Part shown: piece after piece, positions 32,151 through 42,229 of the stretch
How the letters are laid out: the number at the start of each line of letters is the position of its first letter
How positions within the stretch are numbered: the stretch's first letter is position 1
DNA from: Chlamydiia bacterium
Lineage (GTDB): Bacteria > Chlamydiota > Chlamydiia > Chlamydiales > Rhabdochlamydiaceae
Direction: 5' to 3'
NCBI GenBank assembly: GCA_963804085.1
Contig: CAWDOQ010000002.1
Coordinates: forward strand, 160,001 to 224,000
DNA: 64,000 nucleotides
The notes under the pieces: model-generated
Databases searched by the model: none
Told to the model about the DNA's origin: nothing
Seen by the model: the letters and a program-made list of their open reading frames with translations, nothing else
Translations under genes and position numbers: made by a program

Positions 32151-32405
32151 ATGACATTTCACTCACCCTGGTCGGGAACAGTTACCTTTTCAACGCTTGT
32201 AAAAGCATACATCGCTCTGCAAAGTCAGGTTGTACAAGCTGTAAAAAACGTTGCGAGCCGTATGTCGCAAGCAACACCCGGTAAGTTCCTGCTCCTCCAA
32301 TTCCAAATGAGCCAGGTGACACAGATTGGCGAGTCGATCTCTAACTTGATCAGTCAGATTCAGTCGACGATCAACAACACGATCCGTAACCAGAAGAGTT
32401 CGTAA
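32151..32405 (+). CDS. cdsF: Needle subunit CdsF/SctF
   Basis: 84 aa; FLLLQFQMSQVTQIGESISNL needle C-terminal helix; lies between cdsE and cdsG. Confidence 0.8.
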   Translation: MTFHSPWSGTVTFSTLVKAYIALQSQVVQAVKNVASRMSQATPGKFLLLQFQMSQVTQIGESISNLISQIQSTINNTIRNQKSS

Positions 32406-32424
32406 TTTTATATAGGGAGAGTTT

Positions 32425-32862
32425 ATGGCACAGCTGCAAAAGTTTAAAGACCACTTCATCCTGTTAGTAGAGGCGGGCTTTATCGCCGTCAACCAAGCGG
32501 ATGAGGATGCTGCAACAAAGCTCTTTCGAGCCTCCGAAATGCTCAACCCCGAAAACACACTTCCCAAAGTCGGCATGGGCTACATGCACCTATGCAAACT
32601 AGAGCTCAAGCAAGCTTGCAAACTCTTCGACGAAGTGCTCAAAAAAGAGCCGAGCAATGAGATGGCAAAGACCTTCTTGGGTTTGAGCATGGCTCTCAAC
32701 CCTGCCGAAGTAGTCAAAGGTGAGAAGATTCTAGAAGAGGCCGCCAAAAAGGCGCACGATCCTAACATCAAAAATCTAGCTAACACAGCTATCAACTTTG
32801 TCGAAAAGTTCGTGAAAAAGGCTCCTGGCCCCGGCCAAGGCCCCGCTCCTAAGAAGAAGTAG
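32425..32862 (+). CDS. cdsG: TPR needle chaperone CdsG (CT667-like)
   Basis: EAGFIAVNQADEDAA motif, TPR-like helices; synteny. Confidence 0.88.
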   Translation: MAQLQKFKDHFILLVEAGFIAVNQADEDAATKLFRASEMLNPENTLPKVGMGYMHLCKLELKQACKLFDEVLKKEPSNEMAKTFLGLSMALNPAEVVKGEKILEEAAKKAHDPNIKNLANTAINFVEKFVKKAPGPGQGPAPKKK

Positions 32863-33059
32863 CACTGACCTCTTGCATAACCTTCTTCGCGTGCCCCTGC
32901 CCGGATCGGCGGCGAATGCGGTTCAAAGCAACCAGGCACCCCCTAACCATCTCATTTATAACATGGTACGCAAGATGTTAATTAAAAATTTGTTTATATT
33001 GTATTAATATATTAATTTAACATATAATTTTTACTTTATTAACAAAACGGATAAAAACA

Positions 33060-33728
33060 ATGGCAATACCATTATCAGAATCAGATTTTTATAAAAGTCT
33101 AATGGCAGTCCAAAGGGAAATTGAAAGCGAAGAGTTCGAAGTTGTAGAACTTTCCCCACAAGACACTCGTATACAAAATGTCATGCAGCCCAAGATTGAC
33201 CAACTTGAACAGGCTCTCGCTATGCAGACTACGATGCAAGCCTCAGTATCCGATGCGGTAGTTTCTTCCGATACAGTGCAAAAATGCCTTTCTGCATCGA
33301 ATGCTATTAACTGGGGAAAGATTGCAAATCGTGCATGCACCTTTTTTGCATGCGTTGTTTTAGGCGCATTTACTGCGCTTTTATTATCCGGCCTCATGAT
33401 AAATCCTATTTTTTGGGGAATAGTTGGCGTGGCGCTCATTATTAGTTTAGCCACGGCAATAGCGAAAGGCGGCGTAAAAGAATTAGGCGTTCATTTAGGC
33501 ATAGGTGCAAGTGGATTTCTAATGGGCTGGGCACCTACTGCTGCTTTTGTCGAGCTCGCCACTGGTATGAAGATGTCTTTTGGTTATTCATTTGCTAGTC
33601 TATTTGTTAGCGTAGTCATGACGAGTGCTGGAATGGTTCCTGAAGGAATTCTTCTTAACACCATTGCGGATGGAAATCTGCCTGATTGTGATATTCTAGA
33701 GATGCACCGTAAAGCTAAGAAGCAATAA
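33060..33728 (+). CDS. Orphan membrane protein, Inc-like
   Basis: Bilobed hydrophobic domain (CTFFACVVLGAFTALLLSGLMINPIFWGIVGVALIISLATAI) plus further hydrophobic segments; no Sec signal; AT-rich upstream region. Confidence 0.7.
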   Translation: MAIPLSESDFYKSLMAVQREIESEEFEVVELSPQDTRIQNVMQPKIDQLEQALAMQTTMQASVSDAVVSSDTVQKCLSASNAINWGKIANRACTFFACVVLGAFTALLLSGLMINPIFWGIVGVALIISLATAIAKGGVKELGVHLGIGASGFLMGWAPTAAFVELATGMKMSFGYSFASLFVSVVMTSAGMVPEGILLNTIADGNLPDCDILEMHRKAKKQ

Positions 33729-33742
33729 CTCTCACCCCTTCT

Positions 33743-33846
33743 TGCCCCTGCCCGTGCCCTTGCCTCTGCCCTTGCCCGAATTTTTAAAAGAAAAGAATAA
33801 GAAAAGAAGAAATCGGGCACAGGCACGCACACGGGCACAGGCACGT
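33743..33846. repeat. GGGCAC/GTGCCC-type palindromic repeat
   Basis: TGCCC-rich left arm and GGGCAC-rich right arm. Confidence 0.8.
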
Positions 33847-33939
33847 AAATGAAGAGAGGATCCAACCTTCTTCATGACAAAAACACTACCCCCTGTTATC
33901 TTGAGGGTTGGGCGCCGCTAAACCCCAGAGGACACTCTC

Positions 33940-34266
33940 ATGACAGCAAGCACTCCTTTCGAAGATGTAACAAGCACCTCCAAAATTGACTCCACACAGC
34001 GTATTGGGGAAGATAGACACCTGGGCTCCACGGGCCAGCCCTTCTCGACATACATGCAAGAGGGGCAGGCAAATGTGCTGGGCACACCCGGTAAACCTGC
34101 TGCTGTTTCTCCTTTCGATCTGGCTCATGGTCCTACTACTCTCCCTGCAGCTCCTACTTTTGACACGCTTTTAGGTCAGGTGAACAATGCGCAAAGCACA
34201 ATGGGAGACGTGAATAGTTACCTCTCCAACCCCAACTTAAAATTGAAGCAGTCGAGCAAGTACCTG
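33940..34266 (+). pseudogene. Truncated duplicate of the CT668-like gene (5' half)
   Basis: 33861-34266 matches 39613-40021 nearly base for base. Confidence 0.92.
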
Positions 34267-34420
34267 CCGAAGTAGTCAAAGGCGAGAAGATTCTAGAAGA
34301 AGCCGCCAAAAATACGACCCTAACATCAAAAATCTGGCTAACACAGCTATCAACTTTGTCGAAAAGTTCGTGAAAAAAGCCCCTGGCCCGGGCCAAGGCC
34401 CCGCTCCTAAGAAGAAGTAA
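34263..34420 (+). pseudogene. Duplicate 3' fragment of cdsG
   Basis: Matches 32701-32862 with a small deletion and third-position changes. Confidence 0.92.
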
Positions 34421-34539
34421 TTTGATTATTAAATTTCTGGCAAATTGACAAACCCCATGGAGGATTGTCTATTTGCGATTCAGTGTAATTTTCATTTGTA
34501 TAATCGCCAATTACTCTTCTCCAAAATTTTGTTGCTAAT

Positions 34540-34878
34540 TCAGAACCGGGAAATTTGCCTTATTCGCCATGGCCCAGGATGTTTATTAAAAACAGCAAAA
34601 GCCATATTTTTACCAACCATTTTCTTTCTGTAAGCAGGAATAACATAAAAGTCTACGATCTCAGAATAACCATCAATAGCCTCGATAATGGAAAAACCAA
34701 CTATATTGGAGCCTTCTTTCCAATAGTAACCGATATTGGGAATATGCCAGTCGACGTCTATAGAGTATTTCCCGTCTTGATTTTTCTTTTTTCCAGTGAT
34801 AGAGGAAAATTCATCCTCATAATCCTGAACTAATTCATCGAAGATATGGGAATTCGATTCGTTAATCAGTTCTAACAT
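34540..34878 (-). pseudogene. GNAT acetyltransferase, probably C-terminally truncated
   Basis: IVDFYVIPAYRKKMVGK...PGPW GNAT motif A; ends abruptly after WRIRQI. Confidence 0.65.
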
Positions 34879-34910
34879 ATACCCTTTCCCATGAAGTCTC
34901 GACAGATGTC

Positions 34911-35687
34911 TCAACGACTTCTTGTCGCATCAGCCATGCAGAATTCTAAGGCCCAATCAGCCAACTGATGTAGGTTATTTCTGACCGCTGGCTCTTTGAT
35001 CCGAGGAACCCAATCTTCTTGGGTGATCGAATCGCTGATGACGAATAGGGTGAGCGTCTGTACCTCTTTCCTTGCCGATCGCATAAAGAGTTGCGGCTTC
35101 CATTTCTACTACGCTGCATCCTTGCTCTTGCACTCTTAAAACATCATCGACGGTTTCGCGGAAAATGGCTGAAAAGCTCCATGCCATCGCAGGATCAAAT
35201 TGTGGTAAAGAGCGCTCTTTAATAAAGTGGTTCCATTCGAGCATCATTTCGGGGTCTGCATCGATCGTTTCCTGGTCTTCTGGAAGATAGAGGTGAGCGA
35301 CCCCATCTTCGGCAAGAGCTTTTGGACAGAGGACGAAATCGGCGATCTTATGAGCATTCATAAGTCCGCCGGCTGTTCCAACAGCGATAAATCGTTTAGC
35401 ACCGAGCGCGATGAGTTCTTCCATCTTAATAGCAAGTCCTGGTGCGCCTACCCCCCAATCTCCCAAAATACCGACCTTGCTATCATTTGAAAGATAAAAG
35501 TGGGTGACCGCTTTCGAAGGCTTAAATTCCGGATGCTTTTTGAGGAATACTACCATCGTGGAGGATTGATAGCAGACAAGAACGGTCTCAGGTGCTTTAA
35601 AATGGCGAGGTGACCATAGGCTCGTTTGTGCTCAAGTAATTTTTTAGCAGTGACGATTGGTTCTTTAGAACTTATCTGAATATTCAT
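34911..35687 (-). pseudogene. Nucleoside (uridine/purine) phosphorylase family gene with two frameshifts
   Basis: GVGAP, VGTAGGL, FRET, VEMEAATL motifs; the N-terminus (MNIQISSKEP) and C-terminus (VQTLTLFVISDS) lie in other frames. Confidence 0.75.
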
Positions 35688-36735
35688 GAACACCGAAAAG
35701 ATTATAAGTAAAAATTTTAAAAACATAATTTGTTATTTAATAATGCCATTATCGCTATTTTTATTCAATAACATATGTTCTTATTCCAATCTTGATTTTT
35801 ATAAAATAATTTTTTTAAAAATAAAGATGCAAAAATACAACTAATACCGTTAAAATAACTGTCTTTTTGGAAATACTCGTCGAGGATAATCATGACCGTT
35901 GAAATGACTGGACTAAAATACATTGAAAACCAGATCGAGAGCTTAAAATACAAACCCAAGCTATCAGAGGCTGAATGGATCATTGGCTTTGCACCTGCAC
36001 TAAGCGCAATGGGAATAGCCAACTTTGGCGTCAATTCAGTCTAAGAATCACCACGGCGATTCCCACAACAATTTATGATTTGGCATGTAGTATCCTTTTT
36101 CAAGAATCTCAATCATCTTAGGGACGGGTTAGTCACCATCCCTAAAGCTGTAGTGCATTTAGTTGTCGATAGCTTGATATTGGTACCTTCTCTTGCTCTT
36201 GGACTTAGTCGTCATCGCCGCCATAGTGTATCTGTTATTACAACGACTCGTTGAAATTATTGCGGAGAGCATTGTCTCATGTCTTCGCCCAGTTGGCTCA
36301 TGCTTTGCAAACATTTACAACGCATAATTTTAGCAACTTGAAAACGAGCTTGCTCCAGCGCGTTTTGTAAGGGTTTTTAGTTGGATTGGCATAGCTTCTA
36401 GGGTTTCCGCGTTTTGCGAGTCTGAAAGTGAATTTTTTTAAACAAGGGTTCTTTCAGTTTGCGATATTGCTCGACATCGTGGTTAGCTTCTATAAATGCG
36501 TTTAAGTAGGTCGGTTTGTGGTGGGACATCGTTAGAATACTCTCGCATATAAAGCACCTCTTTATAATCAGAAACTCTTGCTGTCATATTTTTCCCATTG
36601 TTTTTGCAACTGTTTTAATTGTTTTTAAATTAGGTGAAACAAAAATATTATCGATTAAAGTATTTAATAAAAAAGTTTTAGATGTGTTTATATTTGCACG
36701 GAAGGTATACTTCATGCAAAACAAGGAGATCTATC

Positions 36736-37068
36736 ATGGCATCAGGAATTAAACCGTCGGCAGCTAACATCATAGCAGAGTTTTGTGGACCGATTGTGCG
36801 AGAAAAAGAAAATGAACCAGACACAACATCGATGGTTCGTGAGGTCATCACAAATCTTGCAATCTCGAAGATCCGCTCTGAGAAGTCCGTGGAGTCAGAT
36901 CGTTTTGAATTTGATATTCTTTCAATCGACGGCAACGAAGGCGGGAGCCCTTTTTTAAGTGTACTCTGGCCACAAAGATTTTCAAATTTGAATAGAGATA
37001 CCGAGGTCTTTGCGGGCAACGACCTGACATTGAGCTCTCCTACGATGTCTGTTAAGATCGACTTCTGA
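36736..37068 (+). CDS. Hypothetical protein
   Basis: RBS AAGGAG before ATG 36736; 110-aa ORF after an AT-rich region. Confidence 0.5.
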   Translation: MASGIKPSAANIIAEFCGPIVREKENEPDTTSMVREVITNLAISKIRSEKSVESDRFEFDILSIDGNEGGSPFLSVLWPQRFSNLNRDTEVFAGNDLTLSSPTMSVKIDF

Positions 37069-37244
37069 TAACGATCTTATTCTCTGGTTATCCAAAGACG
37101 TAACATCCTGATAATTAGCGCGATAAGATTTGCTCAACCAGATCTAAGATCTTGATTATCAACATCATGCAACAAGTTATTTTGTTGACTTATTAACTTA
37201 TTTCATATAAAATTATTTAACAGGCTAACTTTATTTTAAAAATT

Positions 37245-38240
37245 ATGACATATCGCACTAATAATACAGATTCAACTGCAGTCGTCCTATACAATCCAAA
37301 CCTGCCTCATAATTTAGCAAGATCGAATTTAGAAGCTAGAACGCAGGCAGCTTACCAGCGTTCATTCGAAGTCGCAAAAACAGGAAGGCATCCAGTTTCC
37401 CTATCAAATATATATCTAATCGCGCCGAAAGGTCTCCAGACAGATCCGCGTATCGACATCGAAATTTTTGCTGCCCCTACTGGTGATCACAAACCTCCAA
37501 TCTTGATCTTTTCTCATGGGATGGGGACCTCTCCTGTACGCTATCGACCTCTTTTGGCGGAATTGGCAAGCCACGGCTTCACTGTTCTAAGCTTAAATCA
37601 CGCATCAAGCTTACAAGCACTACCCGAACAGAGTCCAGAAGAGGAACATGCAACGGCTGAAAAGCTCTCCCACATCATGGCTAATAATATTCAATATGTC
37701 TTAAGCGAGGTTCGCAGCGGAAAACTTAAAGGCATCGGCGATGCGAACAAGATTGTATTGGGAGGGCACTCTTTAGGAGGTGCGGCTTCAATCATGGTTT
37801 CAAGAAACGATACGGAGGTTGCCGGCTGTGTGAACTTGGACGGCTTCTTACATGGCAAAATGAAAACGGAGGGGCTGAAACAGCCTCTTCTGATGGTTAT
37901 CGGCGATTATCAGAATGACATAAGCGTGCTAGAACAAGATCCTCAAAAAGAGGCAAAAGACTATGCGAAGCATGTGAGCCAATCCCTCCAAGAATACAAT
38001 ACGCTTAATCGCAATTCTCGAGATTCTGAAAAACTCATGATCCAAAACGCCGTTCATATGGACTTTACCGACCAACCTTTCTTTGATCATCTTGCAGGGA
38101 AAAAAAGTAGTGCTGACGCAATGAGAGTGCATACCATTGTGTCCCAGCAAATGTTAAAATTTATGAATGATCTGAGCAGCCCAAACTATGTCCATCTCTC
38201 CGCAAGATCATGGCATTTCAACCGCTCTTGCGCAGAGTGA
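37245..38240 (+). CDS. Alpha/beta hydrolase (PAF-acetylhydrolase/lipase-like)
   Basis: IFSHGMG, LASHGFTV, GHSLGG nucleophile elbow, NLDG, HMDFTD. Confidence 0.85.
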   Translation: MTYRTNNTDSTAVVLYNPNLPHNLARSNLEARTQAAYQRSFEVAKTGRHPVSLSNIYLIAPKGLQTDPRIDIEIFAAPTGDHKPPILIFSHGMGTSPVRYRPLLAELASHGFTVLSLNHASSLQALPEQSPEEEHATAEKLSHIMANNIQYVLSEVRSGKLKGIGDANKIVLGGHSLGGAASIMVSRNDTEVAGCVNLDGFLHGKMKTEGLKQPLLMVIGDYQNDISVLEQDPQKEAKDYAKHVSQSLQEYNTLNRNSRDSEKLMIQNAVHMDFTDQPFFDHLAGKKSSADAMRVHTIVSQQMLKFMNDLSSPNYVHLSARSWHFNRSCAE

Positions 38241-38309
38241 CACAAGCCACTCTGAGTCATAAAAAGGGGAAAGTTTGCGCTGTAAGGCTTAAAGACATAC
38301 TTCGTCATT

Positions 38310-38590
38310 TCATTCATTGGAAATATCTTCGTCATTCTGATTTTCTAAGCGTTGGCGCGCACGCTGGATAGCTTTGATCAATTTATCGCGAAGAACTGCT
38401 TTGGATGGCAAGACTGTAAGGTATTCTGCAACATGAATCCCTTACCATAACCTGCTGTCAATTGTCGCCACAGTGTGGCGACAATCTTTTGTCCATATTC
38501 GGCACGTTCATTCTTAAGGATTTCCCTGCGGATACGGAATCCTACATGCCAGTAGAGTAAGGTCAATCCCGCGTTTACATTGGACGCTCT
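38310..38590 (-). pseudogene. DUF1016/YhcG remnant with an internal deletion
   Basis: N-terminal VNAGLTLLYWHVG...RAEYG...YGKGF joined out of frame to the C-terminal GIHVAEYLTVLP. Confidence 0.8.
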
Positions 38591-38950
38591 GGATTTGAGC
38601 CAGAGACCAGCGGGTAATGAGAGCCTTGCTCCTAAGAAGAAATAACTCTTGAGATCTTTATCATCAGAGCGGCAAATCGACATTTGTATATTTGCCGCTC
38701 TAAAGCGATCTCTGAATTTTACAACACACTAAAAATAAGTGACTTGTAAAAGCCCAATCTCAAACAACTTTTGATTTGAATGTCGATTTGGCTATTTGTT
38801 AAGGTGCTTCCCAGCCCGCTTCCGAACGCCACTGACCTCTTGCATAACCTTCTTCTCGTGCCCATGCCCGATCTTCAGCCTCTTTGTGTTAAATTCTCTT
38901 ATTGCTAAGAAATTATTTTAATTTTAAGCTAAGGGAAACGGGAGGTTTTT

Positions 38951-39319
38951 ATGGAAATACGCGGTGCAGGCCCAACTTATGGGGCAACAGGTCCAAATAT
39001 GGATCCCAGAACTCAGGCACAATATGATGTAAACGCTTTAGAACGCTACACACAGCAGTTTAAAGACGATTTGGCAGCACTGAGCAAGGATCCAAGTAAT
39101 CCACAGCTCAAACAAGCCGTACAAAACGACTTTAAAGCTATGTCCGCTGCGATGTCAGATTTGCAAAAGCTCGCTCCATTGTTACCTAAAAATGTTCAAG
39201 AGTTAATCGGAAATGCAGCGGACCTATTGGACAAGATGGGGTCGCAAATGCAGCAAATAAGTTCCCTCAAAATCGACCAATTTCAGGCGATGCTGGATAC
39301 GATTAAGGACAACCTTTAG
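38951..39319 (+). CDS. Small helical hypothetical protein with G/P-rich N-terminus
   Basis: RBS GGAGG; 122-aa ORF. Confidence 0.75.
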   Translation: MEIRGAGPTYGATGPNMDPRTQAQYDVNALERYTQQFKDDLAALSKDPSNPQLKQAVQNDFKAMSAAMSDLQKLAPLLPKNVQELIGNAADLLDKMGSQMQQISSLKIDQFQAMLDTIKDNL

Positions 39320-39487
39320 AGATTTGGAATCTAGAATCAATCTCAACAAATAAACGCGCGAAGAAGTGGACGCCCCCAACGGACAGAAAGGACCATGGAC
39401 GCAAACAGACGTCTAACGGACAAAAATGGACGGGGGCAAAAGAACAACTAAGAAGTAGCACTGACCCTTCTTGCCCTTGCCCGAATT

Positions 39488-39588
39488 CCGTTACCGTCAC
39501 CGTTTTCCGTTGCCGTTACCGGATTAAAAGATAAGAGAAAAGAGAAGAAAGAATCGGTAACGGGAAACGGTGACGGTAACGGTAACGG
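39488..39588. repeat. CCGTTA/TAACGG palindromic repeat
   Basis: CCGTTACCGTCACCGTTTTCCGTT...CGGGAAACGGTGACGGTAACGG; the left arm recurs at 49232-49265. Confidence 0.85.
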
Positions 39589-39691
39589 GATTGCGACTCG
39601 AAAAAGAGTATCTCCAACCTTCTTCATGACAAAAACACTACCCCCTGTTATCTTGAGGGTTGGGCGCCGCTAAACCCCAGAGGACACTCTC

Positions 39692-40348
39692 ATGACAGCA
39701 AGCACTCCTTTCGAAGATGTAACAAGCACCTCCAAAATTGACTCCACACAGCGTATTGGGGAAGATAGACACCTGGGCGTCCCTACGGGCCAGCCCTTCT
39801 CGACATACATGCAAGAGGGGCAGGCAAATGTGCTGGGCACACCCGGTAAACCTGCTGCTGTTTCTCCTTTCGATCTGGCTCATGGTCCTACTACTCTCCC
39901 TGCAGCTCCCACTTTCGATACGCTTTTGGGACAGGTGAACAATGCGCAAAGCACAATGGGAGATGTGAACAGTTACCTCTCGAATCCCAACTTAAAATTG
40001 AAGCAGTCGAGCAAGTACCTGCTGAAAAACAAGCTCACAGATGCCAACACACACATGCGCACGGCGGCGACTCATCTGGGAGCACAGACACCTGAAGAAG
40101 CGGAGATCGCGCCGGGTTCTGGACCGATTGCCCGTTTTGTCAGTTATGTCACAAATGGTCAGAATCAGTTAGAAGCTGCCAAACAGCGCCTGGCTGATCT
40201 TAAAAATTCGGGGCAAGATTTAAAGCCGGCCGACTTTCTTCTGGTCCAGATACAGCTAAACTTAGCGCAGCAGAGCTTGGAGTACTCCTCTGTCGTGCTC
40301 AGTAAAGCGATGGACGATATCAAGATGCTCATGAACATTCAGCTCTAG
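39692..40348 (+). CDS. CT668-like T3SS-associated protein
   Basis: Lies between cdsG and cdsN; C-terminal LLVQIQLNLAQQSLEYSSVVLSKAMDDIKMLMNIQL resembles a needle/rod-type tail. Confidence 0.8.
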   Translation: MTASTPFEDVTSTSKIDSTQRIGEDRHLGVPTGQPFSTYMQEGQANVLGTPGKPAAVSPFDLAHGPTTLPAAPTFDTLLGQVNNAQSTMGDVNSYLSNPNLKLKQSSKYLLKNKLTDANTHMRTAATHLGAQTPEEAEIAPGSGPIARFVSYVTNGQNQLEAAKQRLADLKNSGQDLKPADFLLVQIQLNLAQQSLEYSSVVLSKAMDDIKMLMNIQL

Positions 40349-40357
40349 TTTTAAACT

Positions 40358-41677
40358 ATGGAACGCACCACTGATTTTGACAAGCTGATCTCCCACCTAG
40401 ATGAGGTGGAGCTTTCTACCGTGCATGGCAGGATCACAGAGGTGGTCGGCATGCTTATCAAAGCGGTGGTCCCTCAAGTCAAAATGGGAGAGGTGTGCCT
40501 GATCAAACGCGAAGGCGAGGACCCTCTTTTTGCAGAGGTGGTCGGTTTTACGCGCGATGAGGTCTACCTATCGCCCTTGGGCAATATGACTGGCATCGGC
40601 CCCTCATCCGAAGTGATCCCGCTGCGTATGCCCCTGCATATCAAAATCGGCCCTGAGCTGTTAGGAAGGGTGTTAGATGGTCTCGGCCACCCTCTTGATG
40701 TGGACACAAAAGGGCCGCTGGACCTGAAAGAGACCTTCTCGATAATCAATCCTCCTCCCGATCCGCTCAAACGCAAGATGATCAAAGAGCCGATCTCGGT
40801 GGGTGTGCGTGCGATCGACGGTGTGCTCACCTGCGGTAGGGGCCAGCGTATGGGTATCTTCTCGGGAGCAGGCGTCGGAAAATCGACTCTTTTGGGAATG
40901 ATTGCGCGTAACGCAAAAGCTGATGTTAACGTGATCTCGCTGATCGGTGAGAGGGGTCGCGAGGTAAGGGAGTTTCTAGAAAATGATCTGGGCGAAGAGG
41001 GCATGAAACGCTCCGTCATCATCGTCTCAACTTCTGATCAGGCAGCCCAGCTGCGCATAAACGCAGCCTATGTGGGAACCGCTATTGCCGAGTACTTCCG
41101 CGAGCAGGGCAAGACTGTCATTTTGATGATGGATTCTGTCACGCGTTTTGCACGTGCACTTCGCGAGATTGGTCTGGCAGCCGGAGAGCCGCCGGCTCGT
41201 GCGGGATTTACCCCCTCTGTGTTTGCCACGCTTCCTAAGCTTCTTGAGCGCTCGGGCAACTCGGAGAAGGGTTCGATTACAGCGTTTTATACAGTGCTAG
41301 TAGCAGGGGACGATATCAATGAGCCTGTCTCCGATGAGACGCGCTCGATTTTGGACGGCCACATCATCCTCTCATCCGAGCTCGCCCGTCAGTACCACTA
41401 CCCTGCAATCGATGTTTTGAGTTCTATTAGCCGTATTTTAACTCATATCGTCGATGCCGAGCACTTGCAGCTCATCGGGAAGGTGCGCGAGGTTTTGGCT
41501 AACTACAAGAAAAATGAGCTCTTGATCCGCATTGGTGAGTATAAACCGGGTTCTGACAAAGGGGCCGATTTTGCAATCAAATACATCGACAAGGTGAACC
41601 GTTTCCTCAAACAGCAAGTCGACGAAAAGTCCTCTTTCGAAGAGACCTTGCAGCAGCTTAGAGCACTCTTTAGGTAG
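40358..41677 (+). CDS. cdsN: T3SS ATPase CdsN/SctN
   Basis: GAGVGKST, LIGERGREV, DSVTRFARA, LDGHIILS. Confidence 0.96.
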   Translation: MERTTDFDKLISHLDEVELSTVHGRITEVVGMLIKAVVPQVKMGEVCLIKREGEDPLFAEVVGFTRDEVYLSPLGNMTGIGPSSEVIPLRMPLHIKIGPELLGRVLDGLGHPLDVDTKGPLDLKETFSIINPPPDPLKRKMIKEPISVGVRAIDGVLTCGRGQRMGIFSGAGVGKSTLLGMIARNAKADVNVISLIGERGREVREFLENDLGEEGMKRSVIIVSTSDQAAQLRINAAYVGTAIAEYFREQGKTVILMMDSVTRFARALREIGLAAGEPPARAGFTPSVFATLPKLLERSGNSEKGSITAFYTVLVAGDDINEPVSDETRSILDGHIILSSELARQYHYPAIDVLSSISRILTHIVDAEHLQLIGKVREVLANYKKNELLIRIGEYKPGSDKGADFAIKYIDKVNRFLKQQVDEKSSFEETLQQLRALFR

Positions 41678-41692
41678 GGGGAGTAACAAGTA

Positions 41693-42223
41693 GTGAATGG
41701 CGTCGAATACCCTCTTGAGCAGCTCGCAATCATCAAACAAAAAAAGCTAGAAGAAGCGGAAAAAAACTTACGCGAGAAAAAGAATGCTCTTCTCAAAGAA
41801 GAAGAGAAACTGGCAAAAGTAGAAGAGGAACGCGACAAGGTCAAAGAGCATAAGATGGCCAAGCTGACGCAGCTGCGCGAAAAGATGGATGAGGGGACGA
41901 CGAGTGACAAGATCCATCAGATGAGACAGTACATGAAAGTGGTCGATGAGCAGCTGAAGCAAAAAGAGCACAAGGTCAAAGAGCAGAAGAAGCTGGTAGA
42001 AACGGCGAGCAAGCAGGTGGAAGCGGCAAGAGAGGAGCTTTTAAAAAAGCAGCAGGATGTAGAGAAATTGAATCTGCACCGCAAAGAGTGGGAAAAAGAG
42101 ATGCACGCGCTGATGCTCCATCAAGAGGGTATAGAGTCTGATGAGATGGGAGCTACGATGCACCAAGCAAGAAAAAAGAGTAAGCGAGGCAAAACGCCTC
42201 CTCACCATAAGAAAAAAGAGTAA
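41693..42223 (+). CDS. cdsO: T3SS stalk protein CdsO/SctO
   Basis: YPLEQL N-terminus, long charged coiled coil; follows cdsN. Confidence 0.88.
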   Translation: MNGVEYPLEQLAIIKQKKLEEAEKNLREKKNALLKEEEKLAKVEEERDKVKEHKMAKLTQLREKMDEGTTSDKIHQMRQYMKVVDEQLKQKEHKVKEQKKLVETASKQVEAAREELLKKQQDVEKLNLHRKEWEKEMHALMLHQEGIESDEMGATMHQARKKSKRGKTPPHHKKKE

Positions 42224-42229
42224 GTAGCC

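Noticed and set aside
35765-36480. Short ORF 35765-36034 and adjacent fragments
   Set aside because: No convincing start or recognisable motif; probably decayed cargo and not supportable as a gene.
32845-39480. CRISPR array or classical integron
   Set aside because: Repeats are irregularly spaced by hundreds to thousands of bases, and I see no cas genes, integrase or attC structure.
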